Below are positions 1-13,967 of a DNA stretch of 64,000 nucleotides, piece after piece. The stretch lies in assembly GCF_009914755.1 (NCBI RefSeq), contig NC_060946.1; one strand, given 5' to 3'. Made by a program: the position numbers and the translations under genes. This DNA is from the human T2T-CHM13v2.0 reference genome, Homo sapiens. Position 1 is the first letter of the stretch. Each line of letters opens with the position of its first letter. Under the pieces are notes generated by a model, which was not told the DNA's origin, did no database searches, and saw nothing but the letters and a program-made list of their open reading frames with translations.

Positions 1-19
1 TGAGACATGTCTCTGCACT

Positions 20-1993
20 GATCCCGAGGTGATCCAACTGTTGCCTGGTCTCTGCCTACTGGGGACATTGTGACATATCTCTGCACTGATCTCCCAGGTG
101 CTGTAACTTTAGTCTAGGCTCTGGCTACACGGCATTGTGACATATCACTGCACTGATCACCCAGGTGATATAAATCTTGTCTAGGCTCTGCCTACAATGG
201 CCTTGTGACATATCTCTGCACTGATCACCCAGGTGATACAACTCTTCTCTAGGATCTGACCACAGGGTGCTTTGTGGCATTTCCCTGCAATGATCACCCA
301 GGTGATATACCACTTGCCAAGGCTCTGCCTACAGGGGCATTGCAATGTATCTCTGCACTGATCACCTCGGTCTTGTAACTCTTTTCTAGGATCTGCCCAC
401 AGGGTGCCTTGTGACGTATCCCAGCAAGGATTACCCAGGTGATGTACCTCTCATCAAGGCTCTGCCTACAGGCACATTGCGATGTATCTCTGCACTGATC
501 ACCTAGGTCATGTAACTTTTGTCTAGGCTCTGCCTACGATGGCATTGTGACATATCTCTGCACTAATCATCCAAGTGATGTAACCCTTGTCTAGGATCTG
601 CCTAAATTAACGATGTGACATAACCCTGTACTGATCATCCAGGTGATGGGGCTTTTGTCTAGGCTCTGCCTAAGGGGGCATTGTGACATATTTCTGCATT
701 GATCACCCAGGTGGCAAACTCTTCTCTTGGATCTGCCTATGGGGGCATTGTGACAAATCTCTGCACTCATCACCCAGGTGATGTAACTGTTGTGTAACCT
801 CTGCCTACAGGGGAATTGTGAGAGATCTCACCACTGATCACCCAAGTGATGTAACCATTGTCTAGGCTTTGCGTACAGGGGGCTTTGTGACATACCTTTG
901 CACTGATCACCCAGGTGATGTAACACATCTAAGTTCGGCCTAAAGGAGCTTTGTGACATACCTCTGCACTGATCACTTAGGTGATGGAACACTTTTATAA
1001 GCACTGCCTACAGGGAATTTTGACAAATCTCTGCACTGATCACCTAGGTGATGTAACGCTTGTCTACCCTCTGTCCAACGGGGCATTGTGAAATATCTCT
1101 GCACTGATCACCCAGGTGATTCAACTCTTGACTAGGATCTGCCTACAGAGGTTATTGTGAAATATCTCTGCACTGATAAACTAGGTGGTGTAATCCTTAT
1201 CGAAGCTCTGCCTACAGGGGCGTTTTCTCATATCTCTGAAGTGATGACAAAGGTGATGTAACCCTTGCCTAGGCTTTGTCTACAGGGGACATAGGACATA
1301 TATCTGCACTGATCACCCAGGTGATGCAACTCTAGCCTAGGCTTTGCCTACAGGGGACATTGTGACATATCGCTTCAATGATCACCCATGTGATGCAACT
1401 CTTGCCTAGGCTTTGCCTACAGGGGACATTGTGACATATCTCTGCACTGATCTCCCAGGTGCTGTAACATTAGTCTAGACTCTGGCTACACGGCATTGTG
1501 ACATATCACTGCACTGATCAACCAGGTGATATAACACTTTTCTAAGCCCTGCCTCCAGGGGGCTTGTGACATATCTCTGCACTGATCACCCAGGTGATAT
1601 AACTCTTCTCTAGGATCTGCCTACAGGGTGCTTTGCGACATATCCCTGCAATGATCACCCAGGTGATCTAACTCTTGTTTAAGCTCTGCCTAAAGGGGCA
1701 TTGTGACAGACCTCTGCACTGATCACTCAGGTGATGTAACTATTGTCTAGGCTCTGCTTAAAGGGGCCTTGTCACATACCTCTGCACTGATCACCCAGGT
1801 GATGTAACTCTTGTCTAGCCTCTGCTTTCACGGCATATTGTGACATATCTATGCGCTGATCACCTTAGTGATGTAACACTTGTGTAGGCTCGGCCTACAG
1901 GGGAATATTGACATATCTCTGCACTGTTAATCGTGGTGATTTAACTCTTGTCTAGGCTGTGCCCACAGGGGAATTGAGACATGTCTCTGCACT
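20..1993 (+). repeat. Representative higher-order repeat unit: 29 monomers, 1974 bp
   Basis: I counted 29 monomer anchors between GATCCCGAGG at 20 and its next occurrence at 1994. Homologous ORF anchors recur at 313, 2287, 4261, 6235, 8209, 10183 ... 63391 (spacing 1971-1974, once 1907). 1974/29 is about 68.1. Confidence 0.93.
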
Positions 1994-4900
1994 GATCCCG
2001 AGGTGATCCAACTGTTGCCTGGTCTCTGCCTACTGGGGACATTGTGACATATCTCTGCAGTGATCTCCCAGGTGCTGTAACTTTAGTCTAGGCTCTGGCT
2101 ACACGGCTTTGTGAGATATCACTGCACTGATCACCCAGGTGATATAAATCTTGTCTAGGCTCTGCCTACAATGGCCTTGTGACATATCTCTGCACTGATC
2201 ACCCAGGTGATATAACTCTTCTCTAGGATCTGACCACAGGGTGCTTTGTGGCATTTCCCTGCAATGATCACCCAGGTGAAATACCACTTGCCAAGGCTCT
2301 GCCTACAGGGGCATTGCAATATATCTCTGCACTGATCACCTCGGTCTTGCAACTCTTTTCTAGGATCTGCCCACAGGGTGCCTTGTGACGTATCCCAGCA
2401 AGGATTACCCAGGTGATGTACCTCTCATCAAGGCTCTGCCTACAGGCACATTGCGATGTATCTCTGCACTGATCACCTAGGTCATGTAACTTTTGTCTAG
2501 GCTCTGCCTACGATGGCATTGTGACATATCTCTGCACTAATCATCCAAGTGATGTAACCCTTGTCTAGGATCTGCCTAAATTAACTTTGTGACATAACCT
2601 TGTACTGATCATCCAGGTGATGGGGCTGTTGTCTAGGCTCTGCCTAAGGGGGCATTGTGACATATTTCTGCATTGATCACCCAGGTGGCGAACTCTTCTC
2701 TTGGATCTGCCTATGGGGGCATTGTGACAAATCTCTGCACTGATCACCCAGGTGATGTAACTGTTGTGTAACCTCTGCCTACAGGGGAATTGTGAGAGAT
2801 CTCGCCACTGATCACCCAAGTGATGAAACCATTGTCTAGGCTTTGCGTACAGGGGGCTTTGTGACATACCTTTGCACTGATCACCCAGGTGATGTAACAA
2901 ATCTAAGTTTGGCCTAAAGGAGCTTTGTGACATATCTCTGCACTGATCACTTAGGTGATGGAACACTTTTATAAGCACTGCCTACAGGGAATTTTGACAA
3001 ATCTCTGCACTGATCACCTAGGTGATGTAACTCTTGTCTACCCTCTGTCCAACGGGGCATTGTGAAATATCTCTGCACTGATCACCCAGGTGATTCAACT
3101 ATTGACTAGGATCTGCCTACAGAGGTTATTGTGAAATATCTCTGCACTGATAAACTAGGTGGTGTAATCCTTATCGAAGCTCTGCCTACAGGGGCGTTTT
3201 CACATATCCCTGAAGTGATGACAAAGGTGATGTAACTCTTGCCTAGGCTTTGCCTACAGGGGACATAGGACATATATCTGCACTGATCACCCAGGTGATG
3301 CAACTCTAGCCTAGGCTTTGCCTACAGGGGACATTGTGACATATCGCTTCAATGATCACCCATGTGATGCAACTCTTGCCTTGGCTTTGCCTACAGGGGA
3401 CATTGTGACATATCTCAGCACTGATCTCCCAGGTGCTGTAACATTAGTGTAGACTCTGGCTACACGGCATTGTGACATATCACTGCACTGATCAACCAGG
3501 TGATATAACTCTTGTCTAGGCCCTGCCTACAGGGGGCTTGTGACATATCTCTGCACTGATCACCCAGGTGATATAACTTTTCTCTAGGATCTGCCTACAG
3601 GGTGCTTTGTGACATATCCCTGCAATGATCACCCAGGTGATCTAACTCCTGTTTAAGCTCTGCCTAAAGGGGCATTGTGACAGATCTCTGCACTGATCAC
3701 TCAGGTGATGTAACTATTGTCTAGGCTCTGCTTAAAGGGACCTTGTCACATACCTCTGCACTGATCACCCAGGTGATGTAACTCTTGTCTAGCCTCTGCT
3801 TTCACGGCATATTGTGACATATCTATGCGCTGATCACCTTAGTGATGTAACACTTGTGTAGGCTCGGCCTACAGGGGAATATTGACATATCTCTGCACTG
3901 TTAACCGAGGTGATTTAACTCTTGTCTAGGCTGTGCCCACAGGGGGATTGAGACATGTCTCTGCACTGATCCCGAGGTGATCCAACTGTTGCCTGGTCTC
4001 TGCCTACTGGGGACATTGTGACATATCTCTGCACTGATCTCCCAGGTGCTGTAACTTTAGTCTAGGCTCTGGCTACACGGCATTGTGACATATCACTGCA
4101 CTGATCACCCAGGTGATATAAATCTTGTCTAGGCTCTGCCTACAATGGCCTTGTGACATATCTCTGCACTGATCACCCAGGTGATATAACTCTTCTCTAG
4201 GATCTGACCACAGGGTGCTTTGTGGCATTTCCCTGCAATGATCACCCAGATGATATACCACTTGCCAAGGCTCTGCCTACAGGGGCATTGCCATGTATCT
4301 CTGCACTGATCACCTCGGTCTTGTAACTCTATTCTAGGATCTGCCCACAGGGTGCCTTGTGACGTATCCCAGCAAGGATTACCCAGGTGATGTACCTCTC
4401 ATCAAGGCTCTGCCTACAGGCACATTGCTATATATCTCTGCACTGATCACCTAGGTCATGTAACTTTTGTCTAGGCTCTGCCTACGATGGCATTGTGACA
4501 TATCTCTGCACTAATCATCCAAGTGATGTAACACTTGTCTAGGATCTGCCTAAATTAACTTTGTGACATAACCCTGTACTGATCATCCAGGTGATGGGGC
4601 TTTTGTCTAGGCTCTGCCTAAGGGGGCATTGTGACATATTTCTGCATTGATCACCGAGGTGTCGAACTCTTCTCTTGGATCTGCCTATGGGGGCATTGTG
4701 ACAAATCTCTGCACTGATCACCCAGGTGATGTAACTGTTGTGTAACCTCTGTCTACAGGGGAATTGTGAGAGATCTCGCCACTGATCACCCAAGTGATGT
4801 AACCATTGTCTAGGCTTTGCGTACAGGGTGCTTTGTGACATACCTTTGCACTGATCACCCAGGTGATGTAACACATCTAAGTTCGCCCTAAAGGAGCTTT

Positions 4901-7900
4901 GTGACATAACTCTGCACTGATCACTTAGGTGATGGAACACTTTTATAAGCACTGCCTACAGGGAATTTTGACAAATCTCTGCACTGATCACATAGGTGAT
5001 GTAACGCTTGTCTACCCTCTGTCCAACGGGGCATTGTGAAATATCTCTGCACTGATCACCCAGGTGATTCAACTCTTGACTAGGATCTGCCTACAGAGGT
5101 TATTGTGAAATATCTCTGCACTGATAAACTAGGTGGTGTAATCCTTATCGAAGCTCTGCCTACAGGGGCGTTTTCACATATCCCTGAAGTGATGACAAAG
5201 GTGATGTAACCCTTGCCTAGGCTTTGCCTACAGGGGACATAGGACATATATCTGCACTGATCACCCAGGTGATGCAACTGTAGCCTAGGCTTTGCCTACA
5301 GGGGACATTGTGACATATCGCTACAATGATCACCCGTGTGATGCAACTCTTGCCTAGGCTTTGCCTACAGGGGACATTGTGACATATCTCTGCACTGATC
5401 TCCCAGGTGCTGTAACATTAGTCTAGACTCTGGCTACACGGCATTGTGACATATCACTGCACTGATCAACCAGGTGATATAACTCTTGTCTAGGCCCTGC
5501 CTACAGGGGGCTTGTGACATATCTCTGCACTGATCACCCAGGTGATATAACTCTTCTCTAGGATCTGCCTACAGGGTGCTTTGCGACATATCCCTGCAAT
5601 GATCACCCAGGTGATCTAACTCTTGTTTAAGCTCTGCCTAAAGGGGCATTGTGACAGACCTCTGCACTGATCACTCAGGTGATGTAACTATTGTCTAGGC
5701 TCTGCTTAAAGGGGCCTTGTCACATACCTCTGCACTGATCACCCAGGTGATGTAACTCTTGTCTACCCTCTGCTTTCACGGCATATTGTGACATATCTAT
5801 GCGCTGATCACCTTAGTGATGTAACACTTGTGTAGGCTCGGCCTACAGGGGAATATTGACATATCTCTGCACTGTTAACCGAGGTGATTTAACTCTTGTC
5901 TAGACTGTGCCCACAGGGGGATTGAGACATGTCTCTGCACTGATCCCGAGGTGATCCAACTGTTGCCTGGTCTGTGCCTACTGGGGACATTGTGACATAT
6001 CTCTGCACTGATCTCCCAGGTGCTGTAACTTTAGTCTAGGCTCTGGCTACACGGCATTGTGACATATCACTGCACTGATCACCCAGGTGATATAAATCTT
6101 GTCTAGGCTCTGCCTACAATGGCCTTGTGACATATCTCTGCACTGATCACCCAGGTGATATAACTCTTCTCTAGGATCTGACCACAGGGTGCTTTGTGGC
6201 ATTTCCCTGCAATGATCCCCCCGGTGATATACCACTTGCCAAGGCTCTGCCTACAGGGGCATTGCAGTGTATCTCTGCACTGATCACCTCGGTCTTGTAA
6301 CTCTTTTCTAGGATCTGCCCACAGGGTGCCTTGTGACGTATCCCAGCAAGGATTACCCAGGTGATGTACCTCTCATCAAGGCTCTGCCTACAGGCACATT
6401 GCGATGTATCTCTGCACTGATCACCTAGGTCATGTAACTTTTGTCTGGGCTCTGCCTACGATGGCATTGTGACATATCTCTGCACTAATCATCCAAGTGA
6501 TGTAACCCTTGTCTAGGATCTGCCTAAATTAACTTTGTGACATAACCCTGTTCTGATCATCCAGGTGATGGGGCTTTTGTCTAGGCTCTGCCTAAGGGGG
6601 CATTTTGACATATTTCTGCATTGATCACCCAGGTGGCGAACTCTTCTCTTGGATCTGCCTATGGGGGCATTGTGATAAATCTCTGCACTCATCACCCAGG
6701 TGATGTAACTGTTGTGTAACCTCTGCCTACAGGGGAATTGTGAGAGATCTCGCCACTGATCACCCAAGTGATGTAACCATTGTCTAGGCTTTGCGTACAG
6801 GGGGCTTTGTGACATACCTTTGCACTGATCACCCAGGTGATGTAACACATCTAAGTTCGGCCTAAAGGAGCTTTGTGACATATCTCTGCACTGATCACTT
6901 AGGTGATGGAACACTTTTATAAGCACTGCCTACAGGGAATTTTGACAAATCTCTGCACTGATCACCTAGGTGATGTAATGCTTGTCTACCCTCTGTCCAA
7001 CGGGGCATTGTGAAATATCTCTGCACTGATCACCCAGGTGATTCAACTCTTGACTAGGATCTGCCTACAGAGGTTATTGTGAAATATCTCTGCACTGATA
7101 AACTAGGTGGTGTAATACTTATCGAAGCTCTGCCTACAGGTGCGTTTTCACATATCCCTGAAGTGATGACAAAGGTGATGTAACCCTTGCCTAGGCTTTG
7201 CCTACAGGGGACATAGGACATATATCTGCACTGATCACCCAGGTGATGCAACTCTAGCCTAGGCTTTGCCTACAGGGGACATTGTGACATATCGCTTCAA
7301 TGATCACCCATGTGATGCAACACTTGCCTAGGCTTTGCCTACAGGGGACATTGTGACATATCTCTGCACTGATCTCCCAGGTGCTGCAACATTAATCTAG
7401 AGTCTGGCTACACGGCATTGTGACATATCACTGCACTGATCAACCAGGTGATATAACTCTTGTCTAGGTCCTGCCTACAGAGGGCTTGTGACATATCTCT
7501 GCACTGATCACCCAGGTGATATAACTCTTCTCTAGGATCTGCCTACAGGGTGCTTTGCGACATATCCCTGCAATGATAACCCAGGTGATCTAACTCTTGT
7601 TTAAGCTCTGCCTAAAGGGGCATTGTGACAGACCTGTGCACTGATCACTAAGGTGATGTAACTATTGTCTAGGCTCTGCTTAAAGGGGTCTTGTCACATA
7701 CCTCTGCACTGATAACCCAGGTGATGTAACTCTTGTCTAGCCTCTGCTTTCACGGCATATTGTGACATATCCATGCGCAGATCACCTTAGTGATGTAACA
7801 GTTGTGTAGGCTCGGCCAACAGGGGAATATTGACATATCTCTGCACTGTTAACCGAGGTGATTTAACTCTTGTCTAGGCTGTGCCCACAGGGGGATTGAG

Positions 7901-10900
7901 ACATGTCTCTGCACTGATCCCGAGGTGATCCAACTGTTGCCTGGTCTCTGCCTACTGGGGACATTGTGACATATCTCTGCACTGATCTCCCAGGTGCTGT
8001 AACTTTAGTCTAGGCTCTGGCTACACGGCATTGTGACATATCACTGCACTGATCTCCCAGGTGATATAAATCTTGTCTAGGCTCTGCCTACAATGGCCTT
8101 GTGACATATCTCTGCACTGATCACCCAGGTGATATAACTCTTCTCTAGGATCTGACCACAGGGTGCTTTGTGGCATTTCCCTGCAATGATCACCCAGGTG
8201 ATATACCACTTGCCAAGGCTCTGCCTACAGGGGCATTGCAATGTGTCTCTGCACTGTTCACCTCGGTCTTGTAACTCTTTTCTAGGATCTGCCCACAGGG
8301 TGCCTTGTGACTTATCCCAGCAAGGATTACCCAGGTGATGTACCTCTCATCAAGGCTCTGCCTACAGGCACATTGCGATGTATCTCTGCACTGATCACCT
8401 AGGTCATGTAACTTTTGCCTAGGCTCTGCCTACGATGGCATTGTGACATATCTCTGCACTAATCATCCAAGTGATGTAACCCTTGTCTAGGATCTGCCTA
8501 AATTAACGTTGTGACATAACCCTGTACTGATCATCCAGGTGATGGGGCTCTTGTCTAGGCTCTGCCTAAGGGGGCATTGTGACATATTTCTGCATTGATC
8601 ACCCAGGTGGCGAACTCTTCTCTTGGATCTGCCTATGGGGGCATTGTGACAAATCTCTGCACTGATCACCCAGGTGATGTAACTGTTGTGTAACCTCTGC
8701 CTACAGGGGAATTGTGAGAGATCTCGCCACTGATCACCCAAGTGACGTAACCATTGTCTAGGCTTTGCGTACAGGGGGCTTTGTGACATACATTTGCACT
8801 GATCACCCAGGTGATGTAACACATCTAAGTTCGGCCTAAAGGAGCTTTGTGACATATCTCTGCACTGATCACTTAGGTGATGGAACACTTTTATAAGCAC
8901 TGCCTACAGGGAATTTTGACAAATCTCTGCACTGATCACCTAGGTGATGTAACGCTTGTCTACCCTCTGTCCAACGGGGCATTGTGAAATATCTCTGCAC
9001 TGATCACCCAGGTGATTCAACTCTTGACTAGGATCTGCCTACAGAGGTTATTGTGAAATATCTCTGCACTGATAAACTAGGTGGTGTAATCCTTATGGAA
9101 GCTCTGCCTACAGGGGCGTTTTCACATATCCCTGAAGTGATGACAAAGGTGATGTAACCCTTGCTTAGGCTTTGCCTACAGGGGACATAGGGCATATATC
9201 TGCACTGATCACCCAGGTGGTGCAACTCTAGCCTAGGCTTTGCCTACAGGGGACATTGTGACATCTCGCTTCAATGATCACCCATGTGATGCAACTCTTG
9301 CCTAGGCTTTTCCTACAGGGGACATTGTGACATATCTCTGCACTGATCTCCCAGGTGCTGCAACATTAGTCTAGACTCTGGCTACACGGCATTGTGACAT
9401 ATCACTGCACTGATCAACCAGGTGATATAACTCTTGTCTAGGCCCTGCCTCCAGGGGGCTTGTGACATATCTCTGCACTGATCACCCAGGTGATATAACT
9501 CTTCTCTAGGATCTGCCTACAGGGTGCTTTGCGACATATCCCTGCAAAGATCACCCAGGTGATCTAACACTTGTTTAAGCTCTGCCTAAAGGGGCATTTT
9601 GACAGACCTCTGCACTGATCACTCAGGTGATGTAACTATTGTCTAGGCTCTGCTTAAACGGGCCTTGTCACATACCTCTGCACTGATCACCCAGGTGATG
9701 TAACTCTTGTCTAGACTCTGCTTTCACAGCATATTGTGACATATCTATGCGCTGATCACCTTAGTGATGTAACACTTGTGTAGGCTCGGCCTACAGGGGA
9801 ATATTGACATATCTCTGCACTGTTAACCGAGGTGATTTAACTCTTTTCTAGGCTGTGCCCACAGGGGGATTGAGACATGTCTCTGCACTGATCCCGAGGT
9901 GATCCAACTGTTGCCTTGTCTCTGCCTACTGGGGACATTGTGACATATCTCTGCACTGATCTCCCAGGTGCTGTAACTTTAGTCTAGGCTCTGGTTACAC
10001 GGCATTGTGACATATCACTGCACTGATCACCCAGGTGATATAAATCTTGTCTAGGCTCTGCCTACAATGGCCTTGTGACATATCTCTGCACTGATCACCC
10101 AGGTGATATAACTCTTCTCTAGGATCTGACCACAGGGTGCTTTGTGGCATTTCCCTGCAATGATCACCCAGGTGATATACCACTTGCCAAGGCTCTGCCT
10201 ACAGGGGCATTGCAATGTGTCTCTGAACTGTTCACCTCGGTCTTGTAACTCTTTTCTAGGATCTGCCCACAGGGTGCCTTGTGACTTATCCCAGCAAGGA
10301 TTACCCAGGTGATGTACCTCTCATCAAGGCTCTGCCTACAGGCACATTGCGATGTATCTCTGCACTGATCACCTAGGTCATGTAACTTTTGCCTAGGCTC
10401 TGCCTACGATGGCATTGTGACATATCTCTGCACTAATCATCCAAGTGATGTAACACTTGTCTAGGATCTGCCTAAATTAACGTTGTGACATAACCCTGTA
10501 CTGATCATCCAGGTGATGGGGCTCTTGTCTAGGCTCTGCCTAAGGGGCATTGTGACAGATTTCTGCATTGATCACCCAGGTGGCGAACTCTTCTCTTGGA
10601 TCTGCCTATGGGGGCATTGTGACAAATCTCTGCACTGATCACCCAGGTGATGTAACTGTTGTGTAACCTCTGCCTACAGGGGAATTGTGAGAGATCTCGC
10701 CACTGATCACCCAAGTGACGTAACCATTGTCTAGGCTTTGCGTACAGGGTGCTTTGTGACATACATTTGCACTGATCACCCAGGTGATGTAACACATCTA
10801 AGTTCGGCCTAAAGGAGCTTTGTGACATATCTCTGCACTGATCACTTAGGTGATGGAACACTTTTATAAGCACTGCCTACAGGGAATTTTGACAAATCTC

Positions 10901-13900
10901 TGCACTGATCACCTAGGTGATGTAACGCTTGTCTACCCTCTGTCCAACGGGGCATTGTGAAATATCTCTGCACTGATCACCCAGGTGATTCAACTCTTGA
11001 CTAGGATCTGCCTACAGAGGTTATTGTGAAATATCTCTGCACTGATAAACTAGGTGGTGTAATCCTTATGGAAGCTCTGCCTACAGGGGCGTTTTCACAT
11101 ATCCCTGAAGTGATGACAAAGGTGATGTAACCCTTGCTTAGGCTTTGCCTACAGGGGACATAGGACATATATCTGTACTGATCACCCAGGTGGGGCAACT
11201 CTAGCCTAGGCTTTGCCTACAGGGGACATTGTGACATCTCGCTTCAATGATCACCCATGTGATGCAACTCTTGCCTAGGCTTTTCCTACAGGGGACATTG
11301 TGACATATCTCTGCACTGATCTCCCAGGTGCTGCAACATTAGTCTAGACTCTGGCTACACGGCATTGTGACATATCACTGCACTGATCAACCAGGTGATA
11401 TAACTCTTGTCTAGGCCCTGCCTCCAGGGGGCTTGTGACATATCTCTGCACTGATCACCCAGGTGATATAACTCTTCTCTAGGATCTGCCTACAGGGTGC
11501 TTTGCGACATATCCCTGCAAAGATCACCCAGGTGATCTAACACTTGTTTAAGCTCTGCCTAAAGGGGCATTTTGACAGACCTCTGCACTGATCACTCAGG
11601 TGATGTAACTATTGTCTAGGCTCTGCTTAAACGGGCCTTGTCACATACCTCTGCACTGATCACCCAGGTGATGTAACTCTTGTCTAGACTCTGCTTTCAC
11701 GGCATATTGTGACATATCTATGCGCTGATCACCTTAGTGATGTAACACTTGTGTAGGCTCGGCCTACAGGGGAATATTGACATATCTCTGCACTGTTAAC
11801 CGAGGTGATTTAACTCTTGTCTAGGCTGTGCCCACAGGGGGATTGAGACATGTCTCTGCACTGATCCCGAGGTGATCCAACTGTTGCCTTGTCTCTGCCT
11901 ACTGGGGACATTGTGACATATCTCTGCACTGATCTCCCAGGTGCTGTAACTTTAGTCTAGGCTCTGGCTACACGGCATTGTGACATATCACTGCACTGAT
12001 CACCCAGGTGATATAAATCTTGTCTAGGCTCTGCCTACAATGGCCTTGTGACATATCTCTGCACTGATCACCCAGGTGATATAACTCTTCTCTAGGATCT
12101 GACCACAGGGTGCTTTGTGGCATTTCCCTGCAATGATCACCCAGGTGATATACCACTTGCCAAGGCTCTGCCTACAGGGGCATTGCAATGTGTCTCTGCA
12201 CTGTTCACCTCGGTCTTGTAACTCTTTTCTAGGATCTGCCCACAGGGTGCCTTGTGACTTATCCCAGCAAGGATTACCCAGGTGATGTACCTCTCATCAA
12301 GGCTCTGCCTACAGGCACATTGCGATGTATCTCTGCACTGATCACCTAGGTCATGTAACTTTTGCCTAGGCTCTGCCTACGATGGCATTGTGACATATCT
12401 CTGCACTAATCATCCAAGTGATGTAACCCTTGTCTAGGATCTGCCTAAATTAACGTTGTGACATAACCCTGTACTGATCATCCAGGTGATGGGGCTCTTG
12501 TCTAGGCTCTGCCTAAGGGGCATTGTGACAGATTTCTGCATTGATCACCCAGGTGGCGAACTCTTCTCTTGGATCTGCCTATGGGGGCATTGTGACAAAT
12601 CTCTGCACTGATCACCCAGGTGATGTAACTGTTGTGTAACCTCTGCCTACAGGGGAATTGTGAGAGATCTCGCCACTGATCACCCAAGTGACGTAACCAT
12701 TGTCTAGGCTTTGCGTACAGGGTGCTTTGTGACATACATTTGCACTGATCACCCAGGTGATGTAACACATCTAAGTTCGGCCTAAAGGAGCTTTGTGACA
12801 TATCTCTGCACTGATCACTTAGGTGATGGAACACTTTTATAAGCACTGCCTACAGGGAATTTTGACAAATCTCTGCACTGATCACCTAGGTGATGTAACG
12901 CTTGTCTACCCTCTGTCCAACGGGGCATTGTGAAATATCTCTGCACTGATCACCCAGGTGATTCAACTCTTGACTAGGATCTGCCTACAGAGGTTATTGT
13001 GAAATATCTCTGCACTGATAAACTAGGTGGTGTAATCCTTATGGAAGCTCTGCCTACAGGGGCGTTTTCACATATCCCTGAAGTGATGACAAAGGTGATG
13101 TAACCCTTGCTTAGGCTTTGCCTACAGGGGACATAGGACATATATCTGTACTGATCACCCAGGTGGGGCAACTCTAGCCTAGGCTTTGCCTACAGGGGAC
13201 ATTGTGACATCTCGCTTCAATGATCACCCATGTGATGCAACTCTTGCCTAGGCTTTTCCTACAGGGGACATTGTGACATATCTCTGCACTGATCTCCCAG
13301 GTGCTGCAACATTAGTCTAGACTCTGGCTACACGGCATTGTGACATATCACTGCACTGATCAACCAGGTGATATAACTCTTGTCTAGGCCCTGCCTCCAG
13401 GGGGCTTGTGACATATCTCTGCACTGATCACCCAGGTGATATAACTCTTCTCTAGGATCTGCCTACAGGGTGCTTTGCGACATATCCCTGCAAAGATCAC
13501 CCAGGTGATCTAACACTTGTTTAAGCTCTGCCTAAAGGGGCATTTTGACAGACCTCTGCACTGATCACTCAGGTGATGTAACTATTGTCTAGGCTCTGCT
13601 TAAACGGGCCTTGTCACATACCTCTGCACTGATCACCCAGGTGATGTAACTCTTGTCTAGACTCTGCTTTCACAGCATATTGTGACATATCTATGCGCTG
13701 ATCACCTTAGTGATGTAACACTTGTGTAGGCTCGGCCTACAGGGGAATATTGACATATCTCTGCACTGTTAACCGAGGTGATTTAACTCTTGTCTAGGCT
13801 GTGCCCACAGGGGGATTGAGACATGTCTCTGCACTGATCCCGAGGTGATCCAACTGTTGCCTGGTCTCTGCCTACTGGGGACATTGTGACATATCTCTGC

Positions 13901-13967
13901 ACTGATCTCCCAGGTGCTGTAACTTTAGTCTAGGCTCTGGCTACACGGCATTGTGACATATCACTGC

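Noticed and set aside
991-1000. TTTTATAA TATA-like motif once per HOR
   Set aside because: It is a degenerate monomer variant with no other promoter evidence.
1040-1051. TCACCTAGGTGA resembling the palindromic T-box site
   Set aside because: Each half-site lacks two bases of the TCACACCT consensus, so the resemblance is too weak.
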